From positions 18,662,001 through 18,726,000 of the forward strand of contig OZ059895.1 in assembly GCA_964057225.1 (NCBI GenBank): DNA of 64,000 nucleotides. Direction: 5' to 3'. The DNA is from Auanema rhodensis (Eukaryota > Animalia > Nematoda). Both the position numbers and the translations under genes were made by a program. A model generated the notes under the pieces. It was not told where the DNA came from. It saw nothing but the letters and a program-made list of their open reading frames with translations, and did not search any database. Shown here in pieces: positions 52,801 through 64,000 of this stretch. Each line of letters begins with the position of its first letter. The stretch's first letter is position 1.

Positions 52801-55800
52801 AGAAGATTTGTTCACAAAAAGGTTCAGGCTCTATTCACGTTGTGCCCGGTGAATGTCCCTTTTTCTCTAAGATCATCAACTATATTCAAATAAAAATATT
52901 CTGAGGTTGGGTATTCAGATGTGAAGAATCTTAATTTCCTAGTAAGATTTAGCTGGGACTTCTCCTTATTCCGGAAAACAGGTTTATATCGAGCCCATCC
53001 AGAAGATTTGTTCACAAAAAGGTTCAGGCTCTATTCACGTTGTGCCCGGTGAATGTCCCTTTTTCTCTAAGATCATCAACTATATTCAAATAAAAATATT
53101 CTGAGGATAGGTATTCAGATGTGAAGAATCTTAATTTCCTAGTAAGATTTAGCTGGGACTTCTCCTTATTCCGGAAAACAGGTTTATATCGAGCCCATCC
53201 AGAAGATTTGTTCACAAAAAGGTTCAGGCTCTATTCACGTTGTGCCCGGTGAATGTCCCTTTTTCTCTAAGATCATCAACTATATTCAAATAAAAATATT
53301 CTGAGGATAGGTATTCAGATGTGAAGAATCTTAATTTCCTAGTAAGATTTAGCTGGGACTTCTCCTTATTCCGGAAAACAGGTTTATATCGAGCCCATCC
53401 AGAAGATTTGTTCACAAAAAGGTTCAGGCTCTATTCACGTTGTGCCCGGTGAATGTCCCTTTTTCTCTGAGATCATCAACTATATTCAAATAAAAATATT
53501 CTGAGGTTGGGTATTCAGATGTGAAGAATCTTAATTTCCTAGTAAGATTTAGCTGGGACTTCTCCTTATTCCGGAAAACAGGTTTATATCGAGCCCATCC
53601 AGAAGATTTGTTCACAAAAAGGTTCAGGCTCTATTCACGTTGTGCCCGGTGAATGTCCCTTTTTCTCTAAGATCATCAACTATATTCAAATAAAAATATT
53701 CTGAGGATAGGTATTCAGATGTGAAGAATCTTAATTTCCTAGTAAGATTTAGCTGGGACTTCTCCTTATTCCGGAAAACAGGTTTATATCGAGCCCATCC
53801 AGAAGATTTGTTCACAAAAAGGTTCAGGCTCTATTCACGTTGTGCCCGGTGAATGTCCCTTTTTCTCTGAGATCATCAACTATATTCAAATAAAAATAAT
53901 CTGAGGTTGGGTATTCAGATGTGAAGAATCTTAATTTCCTAGTGAGATTTAGCTGGGACTTCTCCTCATTCCGGAAAACAGGTTTATATCGAGCCCCTCC
54001 AGAAGATTTGTTCACAAAAAGGTTCAGGCTCTATTCACGTTGTGCCCGGTGAATGTCCCTTTTTCTCTGAGATCATCAACTATATTCAAATAAAAATAAT
54101 CTGAGGTTGGGTATTCAGATGTGAAGAATCTTAATTTCCTAGTGAGATTTTGCTGGGACTTCTCCTCATTCCGGAAAACAGGTTTATATCCAGCCCATCC
54201 AGAAGATTTGTTCACAAAAAGGTTCAGGCTCTATTCACGTTGTGCCCGGTGAATGTCCCTTTTTCTCTAAGATCATCAACTATATTCAAATAAAAATAAT
54301 CTGAGGTTGGGTATTCAGATGTGAAGAATCTTAATTTCCTAGTGAGATTTTGCTGGGACTTCTCCTCATTCCGGAAAACAGGTTTATATCCAGCCCATCC
54401 AGAAGATTTGTTCACAAAAAGGTTCAGGCTCTATTCACGTTGTGCCCGGTGAATGTCCCTTTTTCTCTAAGATCATCAACTATATTCAAATAAAAATAAT
54501 CTGAGGATAGGTATTCAGATGTGAAGAATCTTAATTTCCTAGTGAGATTTTGCTGGGACTTCTCCTCATTCCGGAAAACAGGTTTATATCCAGCCCATCC
54601 GGAAGATTTGTTCACAAAAAGGTTCAGGCTCTATTCACGTTGTGCCCGGTGAATGTCCCTTTTTCTCTGAGATCATCAACTATATTCAAATAAAAATATT
54701 CTGAGGATAGGTATTCAGATGTGAAGAATCTTAATTTTCTAGTGAGATTTTGCTGGGACTTCTCCTCATTCCGGAAAACAGGTTTATATCGAGCCCATCC
54801 ATAAGATTTGTTCACAAAAAGGTTCAGGCTCTATTCACGTTGTGCCCGGTGAATGTCCCTTTTTCTCTAAGATCATCAACTATATTCAAATGAAAATATT
54901 CTGAGGATAGGTATTCAGATGTGAAGAATCTTAATTTCCTAGTAAGATTTAGCTGGGACTTCTCCTTATTCCGGAAAACAGGTTTATATCGTGCCCATCC
55001 ATAAGATTTGTTCACAAAAAGGTTCAGGCTCTATTCACGTTGTGCCCGGTGAATGTCCCTTTTTCTCTAAGATCATCAACTATATTCAAATAAAAATATT
55101 CTGAGGATAGGTATTCAGATGTGAAGAATCTTAATTTCCTAGTAAGATTTAGCTGGGACTTCTCCTTATTCCGGAAAACAGGTTTATATCCAGCCCATCC
55201 AGAAGATTTGTTCACAAAAAGGTTCAGGCTCTATTCACGTTGTGCCCGGTGAATGTCCCTTTTTCTCTAAGATCATCAACTATATTCAAATAAAAATAAT
55301 CTGAGGATAGGTATTCAGATGTGAAGAATCTTAATTTCCTAGTAAGATTTAGCTGGGACTTCTCCTTATTCCGGAAAACAGGTTTATATCGAGCCCATCC
55401 AGAAGATTTGTTCACAAAAAGGTTCAGGCTCTATTCACGTTGTGCCCGGTGAATGTCCCTTTTTCTCTAAGATCATCAACTATATTCAAATAAAAATATT
55501 CTGAGGATAGGTATTCAGATGTGAAGAATCTTAATTTCCTAGTAAGATTTAGCTGGGACTTCTCCTTATTCCGGAAAACAGGTTTATATCCAGCCCATCC
55601 AGAAGATTTGTTCACAAAAAGGTTCAGGCTCTATTCACGTTGTGCCCGGTGAATGTCCCTTTTTCTCTAAGATCATCAACTATATTCAAATAAAAATAAT
55701 CTGAGGATAGGTATTCAGATGTGAAGAATCTTAATTTCCTAGTAAGATTTAGCTGGGACTTCTCCTTATTCCGGAAAACAGGTTTATATCCAGCCCATCC

Positions 55801-58800
55801 AGAAGATTTGTTCACAAAAAGGTTCAGGCTCTATTCACGTTGTGCCCGGTGAATGTCCCTTTTTCTCTAAGATCATCAACTATATTCAAATAAAAATAAT
55901 CTGAGGATAGGTATTCAGATGTGAAGAATCTTAATTTCCTAGTAAGATTTAGCTGGGACTTCTCCTTATTCCGGAAAACAGGTTTATATCCAGCCCATCC
56001 AGAAGATTTGTTCACAAAAAGGTTCAGGCTCTATTCACGTTGTGCCCGGTGAATGTCCCTTTTTCTCTAAGATCATCAACTATATTCAAATAAAAATATT
56101 CTGAGGATAGGTATTCAGATGTGAAGAATCTTAATTTCCTAGTGAGATTTTGCTGGGACTTCTCCTCATTCCGGAAAACAGGTTTATATCGAGCCCATCC
56201 ATAAGATTTGTTCACAAAAAGGTTCAGGCTCTATTCACGTTGTGCCCGGTGAATGTCCCTTTTTCTCTAAGATCATCAACTATATTCAAATAAAAATATT
56301 CTGAGGATAGGTATTCAGATGTGAAGAATCTTAATTTCCTAGTAAGATTTAGCTGGGACTTCTCCTTATTCCGGAAAACAGGTTTATATCGTGCCCATCC
56401 ATAAGATTTGTTCACAAAAAGGTTCAGGCTCTATTCACGTTGTGCCCGGTGAATGTCCCTTTTTCTCTAAGATCATCAACTATATTCAAATAAAAATATT
56501 CTGAGGATAGGTATTCAGATGTGAAGAATCTTAATTTCCTAGTAAGATTTAGCTGGGACTTCTCCTTATTCCGGAAAACAGGTTTATATCGTGCCCATCC
56601 ATAAGATTTGTTCACAAAAAGGTTCAGGCTCTATTCACGTTGTGCCCGGTGAATGTCCCTTTTTCTCTAAGATCATCAACTATATTCAAATAAAAATATT
56701 CTGAGGTTGGGTATTCAGATGTGAAGAATCTTAATTTCCTAGTAAGATTTAGCTGGGACTTCTCCTTATTCCGGAAAACAGGTTTATATCGAGCCCATCC
56801 AGAAGATTTGTTCACAAAAAGGTTCAGGCTCTATTCACGTTGTGCCCGGTGAATGTCCCTTTTTCTCTAAGATCATCAACTATATTCAAATAAAAATATT
56901 CTGAGGTTGGGTATTCAGATGTGAAGAATCTTAATTTCCTAGTAAGATTTAGCTGGGACTTCTCCTTATTCCGGAAAACAGGTTTATATCGAGCCCATCC
57001 AGAAGATTTGTTCACAAAAAGGTTCAGGCTCTATTCACGTTGTGCCCGGTGAATGTCCCTTTTTCTCTAAGATGATCAACTATATTCAAATAAAAATATT
57101 CTGAGGATAGGTATTCAGATGTGAAGAATCTTAATTTCCTAGTGAGATTTAGCTGGGACTTCTCCTCATTCCGGAAAACAGGTTTATATCCAGCCCATCC
57201 AGAAGATTTGTTCACAAAAAAGTTCAGGCTCTATTCACGTTGTGCCCGGTGAATGTCCCTTTTTCTCTAAGATGATCAACTATATTCAAATAAAAATATT
57301 CTGAGGATAGGTATTCAGATGTGAAGAATCTTAATTTCCTAGTGAGATTTAGCTGGGACTTCTCCTCATTCCGGAAAACAGGTTTATATCCAACCCATCC
57401 AGAAGATTTGTTCACAAAAAGGTTCAGGCTCTATTCACGTTGTGCCCGGTGAATGTCCCTTTTTCTCTAAGATGATCAACTATATTCAAATAAAAATATT
57501 CTGAGGTTGGGTATTCAGATGTGAAGAATCTTAATTTCCTAGTGAGATTTAGCTGGGACTTCTCCTCATTCCGGAAAACAGGTTTATATCGAGCCCATCC
57601 AGAAGATTTGTTCACAAAAAGGTTCAGGCTCTATTCACGTTGTGCCCGGTGAATGTCCCTTTTTCTCTAAGATGATCAACTATATTCAAATGAAAATATT
57701 CTGAGGTTGGGTATTCAGATGTGAAGAATCTTAATTTCCTAGTGAGATTTAGCTGGGACTTCTCCTCATTCCGGAAAACAGGTTTATATCGTGCCCATCC
57801 ATAAGATTTGTTCACAAAAAGGTTCAGGCTCTATTCACGTTGTGCCCGGTGAATGTCCCTTTTTCTCTAAGATCATCAACTATATTCAAATTAAAATATT
57901 CTGAGGATAGGTATTCAGATGTGAAGAATCTTAATTTCCTAGTAAGATTTAGCTGGGACTTCTCCTTATTCCGGAAAACAGGTTTATATCGAGCCCATCC
58001 AGAAGATTTGTTCACAAAAAGGTTCAGGCTCTATTCACGTTGTGCCCGGTGAATGTCCCTTTTTCTCTAAGATCATCAACTATATTCAAATAAAAATATT
58101 CTGAGGTTGGGTATTCAGATGTGAAGAATCTTAATTTCCTAGTAAGATTTAGCTGGGACTTCTCCTTATTCCGGAAAACAGGTTTATATCGAGCCCATCC
58201 ATAAGATTTGTTCACAAAAAGGTTCAGGCTCTATTCACGTTGTGCCCGGTGAATGTCCCTTTTTCTCTAAGATGATCAACTATATTCAAATAAAAATATT
58301 CTGAGGATAGGTATTCAGATGTGAAGAATCTTAATTTCCTAGTGAGATTTAGCTGGGACTTCTCCTCATTCCGGAAAACAGGTTTATATCCAGCCCATCC
58401 AGAAGATTTGTTCACAAAAAAGTTCAGGCTCTATTCACGTTGTGCCCGGTGAATGTCCCTTTTTCTCTAAGATGATCAACTATATTCAAATAAAAATATT
58501 CTGAGGATAGGTATTCAGATGTGAAGAATCTTAATTTCCTAGTGAGATTTAGCTGGGACTTCTCCTCATTCCGGAAAACAGGTTTATATCCAACCCATCC
58601 AGAAGATTTGTTCACAAAAAGGTTCAGGCTCTATTCACGTTGTGCCCGGTGAATGTCCCTTTTTCTCTAAGATGATCAACTATATTCAAATAAAAATATT
58701 CTGAGGTTGGGTATTCAGATGTGAAGAATCTTAATTTCCTAGTGAGATTTAGCTGGGACTTCTCCTCATTCCGGAAAACAGGTTTATATCCAGCCCATCC

Positions 58801-61800
58801 AGAAGATTTGTTCACAAAAAGGTTCAGGCTCTATTCACGTTGTGCCCGGTGAATGTCCCTTTTTCTCTAAGATGATCAACTATATTCAAATAAAAATATT
58901 CTGAGGTTGGGTATTCAGATGTGAAGAATCTTAATTTCCTAGTGAGATTTAGCTGGGACTTCTCCTCATTCCGGAAAACAGGTTTATATCCAGCCCATCC
59001 AGAAGATTTGTTCACAAAAAGGTTCAGGCTCTATTCACGTTGTGCCCGGTGAATGTCCCTTTTTCTCTAAGATGATCAACTATATTCAAATAAAAATATT
59101 CTGAGGATAGGTATTCAGATGTGAAGAATCTTAATTTCCTAGTGAGATTTAGCTGGGACTTCTCCTCATTCCGGAAAACAGGTTTATATCGAGCCCATCC
59201 AGAAGATTTGTTCACAAAAAGGTTCAGGCTCTATTCACGTTGTGCCCGGTGAATGTCCCTTTTTCTCTAAGATGATCAACTATATTCAAATAAAAATATT
59301 CTGAGCTTGGGTATTCAGATGTGAAGAATCTTAATTTCCTAGTGAGATTTAGCTGGGACTTCTCCTCATTCCGGAAAACAGGTTTATATCCAGCCCATCC
59401 AGAAGATTTGTTCACAAAAAGGTTCAGGCTCTATTCACGTTGTGCCCGGTGAATGTCCCTTTTTCTCTAAGATGATCAACTATATTCAAATAAAAATATT
59501 CTGAGCTTGGGTATTCAGATGTGAAGAATCTTAATTTCCTAGTGAGATTTAGCTGGGACTTCTCCTCATTCCGGAAAACAGGTTTATATCCAGCCCATCC
59601 AGAAGATTTGTTCACAAAAAGGTTCAGGCTCTATTCACGTTGTGCCCGGTGAATGTCCCTTTTTCTCTAAGATGATCAACTATATTCAAATAAAAATATT
59701 GTGAGGATAGGTATTCAGATGTGAAGAATCTTAATTTCCTAGTGAGATTTAGCTGGGACTTCTCCTCATTCCGGAAAACAGGTTTATATCGAGCCCATCC
59801 AGAAGATTTGTTCACAAAAAAGTTCAGGCTCTATTCACGTTGTGCCCGGTGAATGTCCCTTTTTCTCTAAGATGATCAACTATATTCAAATAAAAATATT
59901 GTGAGGATAGGTATTCAGATGTGAAGAATCTTAATTTCCTAGTAAGATTTAGCTGGGACTTCTCCTCATTCCGGAAAACAGGTTTATATCGAGCCCATCC
60001 AGAAGATTTGTTCACAAAAAAGTTCAGGCTCTATTCACGTTGTGCCCGGTGAATGTCCCTTTTTCTCTAAGATGATCAACTATATTCAAATAAAAATATT
60101 CTGAGGTTGGGTATTCAGATGTGAAGAATCTTAATTTCCTAGTGAGATTTAGCTGGGACTTCTCCTCATTCCGGAAAACAGGTTTATATCCAGCCCATCC
60201 AGAAGATTTGTTCACAAAAAAGTTCAGGCTCTATTCACGTTGTGCCCGGTGAATGTCCCTTTTTCTCTAAGATGATCAACTATATTCAAATAAAAATATT
60301 CTGAGGATAGGTATTCAGATGTGAAGAATCTTAATTTCCTAGTGAGATTTAGCTGGGACTTCTCCTCATTCCGGAAAACAGGTTTATATCCAGCCCATCC
60401 AGAAGATTTGTTCACAAAAAAGTTCAGGCTCTATTCACGTTGTGCCCGGTGAATGTCCCTTTTTCTCTAAGATGATCAACTATATTCAAATAAAAATATT
60501 GTGAGGATAGGTATTCAGATGTGAAGAATCTTAATTTCCTAGTGAGATTTAGCTGGGACTTCTCCTCATTCCGGAAAACAGGTTTATATCGAGCCCATCC
60601 AGAAGATTTGTTCACAAAAAAGTTCAGGCTCTATTCACGTTGTGCCCGGTGAATGTCCCTTTTTCTCTAAGATGATCAACTATATTCAAATAAAAATATT
60701 CTGAGGTTGGGTATTCAGATGTGAAGAATCTTAATTTCCTAGTGAGATTTAGCTGGGACTTCTCCTCATTCCGGAAAACAGGTTTATATCGAGCCCATCC
60801 ATAAGATTTGTTCACAAAAAGGTTCAGGCTCTATTCACGTTGTGCCCGGTGAATGTCCCTTTTTCTCTAAGATGATCAACTATATTCAAATAAAAATATT
60901 CTGAGGTTGGGTATTCAGATGTGAAGAATCTTAATTTCCTAGTGAGATTTAGCTGGGACTTCTCCTCATTCCGGAAAACAGGTTTATATCGAGCCCATCC
61001 ATAAGATTTGTTCACAAAAAGGTTCAGGCTCTATTCACGTTGTGCCCGGTGAATGTCCCTTTTTCTCTAAGATGATCAACTATATTCAAATAAAAATATT
61101 GTGAGGATAGGTATTCAGATGTGAAGAATCTTAATTTCCTAGTAAGATTTAGCTGGGACTTCTCCTCATTCCGGAAAACAGGTTTATATCGAGCCCATCC
61201 AGAAGATTTGTTCACAAAAAAGTTCAGGCTCTATTCACGTTGTGCCCGGTGAATGTCCCTTTTTCTCTAAGATGATCAACTATATTCAAATAAAAATATT
61301 CTGAGGTTGGGTATTCAGATGTGAAGAATCTTAATTTCCTAGTGAGATTTAGCTGGGACTTCTCCTCATTCCGGAAAACAGGTTTATATCGAGCCCATCC
61401 AGAAGATTTGTTCACAAAAAGGTTCAGGCTCTATTCACGTTGTGCCCGGTGAATGTCCCTTTTTCTCTAAGATGATCAACTATATTCAAATAAAAATATT
61501 GTGAGGATAGGTATTCAGATGTGAAGAATCTTAATTTCCTAGTAAGATTTAGCTGGGACTTCTCCTCATTCCGGAAAACAGGTTTATATCCAGCCCATCC
61601 GGAAGATTTGTTCACAAAAAGGTTCAGGCTCTATTCACGTTGTGCCCGGTGAATGTCCCTTTTTCTCTAAGATGATCAACTATATTCAAATAAAAATATT
61701 GTGAGGATAGGTATTCAGATGTGAAGAATCTTAATTTCCTAGTAAGATTTAGCTGGGACTTCTCCTCATTCCGGAAAACAGGTTTATATCGAGCCCATCC

Positions 61801-63830
61801 AGAAGATTTGTTCACAAAAAAGTTCAGGCTCTATTCACGTTGTGCCCGGTGAATGTCCCTTTTTCTCTAAGATCATCAACTATATTCAAATAAAAATATT
61901 CTGAGGATAGGTATTCAGATGTGAAGAATCTTAATTTCCTAGTGAGATTTAGCTGGGACTTCTCCTCATTCCGGAAAACAGGTTTATATCGAGCCCATCC
62001 AGAAGATTTGTTCACAAAAAAGTTCAGGCTCTATTCACGTTGTGCCCGGTGAATGTCCCTTTTTCTCTAAGATCATCAACTATATTCAAATAAAAATATT
62101 CTGAGGATAGGTATTCAGATGTGAAGAATCTTAATTTCCTAGTGAGATTTAGCTGGGACTTCTCCTCATTCCGGAAAACAGGTTTATATCCAGCCCATCC
62201 AGAAGATTTGTTCACAAAAAAGTTCAGGCTCTATTCACGTTGTGCCCGGTGAATGTCCCTTTTTCTCTAAGATGATCAACTATATTCAAATAAAAATATT
62301 CTGAGGATAGGTATTCAGATGTGAAGAATCTTAATTTCCTAGTGAGATTTAGCTGGGACTTCTCCTCATTCCGGAAAACAGGTTTATATCGAGCCCATCC
62401 AGAAGATTTGTTCACAAAAAAGTTCAGGCTCTATTCACGTTGTGCCCGGTGAATGTCCCTTTTTCTCTAAGATCATCAACTATATTCAAATAAAAATATT
62501 CTGAGGATAGGTATTCAGATGTGAAGAATCTTAATTTCCTAGTAAGATTTAGCTGGGACTTCTCCTCATTCCGGAAAACAGGTTTATATCGAGCCCATCC
62601 AGAAGATTTGTTCACAAAAAAGTTCAGGCTCTATTCACGTTGTGCCCGGTGAATGTCCCTTTTTCTCTAAGATCATCAACTATATTCAAATAAAAATATT
62701 GTGAGGATAGGTATTCAGATGTGAAGAATCTTAATTTCCTAGTAAGATTTAGCTGGGACTTCTCCTCATTCCGGAAAACAGGTTTATATCGAGCCCATCC
62801 AGAAGATTTGTTCACAAAAAAGTTCAGGCTCTATTCACGTTGTGCCCGGTGAATGTCCCTTTTTCTCTAAGATCATCAACTATATTCAAATAAAAATATT
62901 GTGAGGATAGGTATTCAGATGTGAAGAATCTTAATTTCCTAGTAAGATTTAGCTGGGACTTCTCCTCATTCCGGAAAACAGGTTTATATCCAGCCCATCC
63001 AGAAGATTTGTTCACAAAAAGGTTCAGGCTCTATTCACGTTGTGCCCGGTGAATGTCCCTTTTTCTCTAAGATGATCAACTATATTCAAATAAAAATATT
63101 GTGAGGATAGGTATTCAGATGTGAAGAATCTTAATTTCCTAGTAAGATTTAGCTGGGACTTCTCCTCATTCCGGAAAACAGGTTTATATCCAGCCCATCC
63201 GGAAGATTTGTTCACAAAAAGGTTCAGGCTCTATTCACGTTGTGCCCGGTGAATGTCCCTTTTTCTCTAAGATGATCAACTATATTCAAATAAAAATATT
63301 CTGAGGATAGGTATTCAGATGTGAAGAATCTTAATTTCCTAGTGAGATTTAGCTGGGACTTCTCCTCATTCCGGAAAACAGGTTTATATCCAGCCCATCC
63401 GGAAGATTTGTTCACAAAAAGGTTCAGGCTCTATTCACGTTGTGCCCGGTGAATGTCCCTTTTTCTCTAAGATGATCAACTATATTCAAATAAAAATATT
63501 CTGAGGATAGGTATTCAGATGTGAAGAATCTTAATTTCCTAGTGAGATTTAGCTGGGACTTCTCCTCATTCCGGAAAACAGGTTTATATCGAGCCCATCC
63601 AGAAGATTTGTTCACAAAAAAGTTCAGGCTCTATTCACGTTGTGCCCGGTGAATGTCCCTTTTTCTCTAAGATCATCAACTATATTCAAATAAAAATATT
63701 CTGAGGATAGGTATTCAGATGTGAAGAATCTTAATTTCCTAGTGAGATTTAGCTGGGACTTCTCCTCATTCCGGAAAACAGGTTTATATCCAGCCCATCC
63801 AGAAGATTTGTTCACAAAAAAGTTCAGGCT
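46833..63830 (+). repeat. Large homogeneous 200-bp satellite array, ~85 copies
   Basis: Exact 200-bp period (the ORF track repeats every 200 bp), with one 199-bp monomer near 50380. Confidence 0.99.
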
Positions 63831-63865
63831 GTAGTCAGTGAGTAACCGATGATTATATTATCCTT

Positions 63866-63976
63866 GAATTAGTGTTGTACTCGATCCTTGAATCCATTCT
63901 TTCAAACAAGTCAAAGTGAATTTGTTGAAAAGGGCTGATTCTAAACATGCACATATGTCGTCAGTAGAAATCTCAG
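63866..63976 (+). repeat. 111-bp direct repeat, right copy
   Basis: Matches 27737-27847 with one mismatch. Confidence 0.95.
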
Positions 63977-64000
63977 CTGTTTGAATCTCATGTTATTCAT

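Noticed and set aside
46833-63830. Tandem 63-aa ORF (MNKSSGWAGYKPV...) in nearly every satellite unit as a peptide gene array
   Set aside because: It starts at GTG, has no room for regulatory sequence between units, variants are mostly non-synonymous, and the diverged 28.4-kb copies contain stops. Openness follows from repeat homogeneity.
46833-63830. CRISPR array or tRNA/5S/snRNA gene array
   Set aside because: No unique spacers, the context is eukaryotic, and I see no cloverleaf, A/B boxes or recognisable structural RNA sequence.

Overview
AT-rich eukaryotic DNA whose short GT-AG introns with TTTCAG acceptors, serpentine chemoreceptor and Mextli gene point to a rhabditid-type nematode. The window has two very different halves. 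Bases 1 to ~27.5 kb are ordinary gene-rich DNA with many (GA/CT)n microsatellites: the 3' end of a UTP4/Cirhin-like WD40 gene, a 2xCUB-LDLa-TM (NETO-like) gene, an SLC17-like MFS transporter, Mextli (mxt-1) and CIAO1/Cia1. From ~27.7 kb to the end is a repeat-dominated domain bracketed by two near-identical 111-bp direct repeats. It holds inverted and solo copies of a 200-bp satellite, a serpentine GPCR gene, a foldback/MITE-like element, a decayed carboxylesterase, an unusual gene fusing a TDP-43-N-like domain to a trypsin-like protease, a ~10-kb palindrome centred on a 50-bp minisatellite, and a ~17-kb array of the satellite (~85 copies). A degenerate palindrome beginning with telomere-like TAGGC sits at the junction of the two halves, and a second TAGGC-N15-GCCTA site lies inside the repeat domain. 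My main hypothesis (inference only) is that this is a programmed DNA elimination breakpoint with germline-restricted DNA to its right. Gene models and homologies were read by eye; no searches were run.
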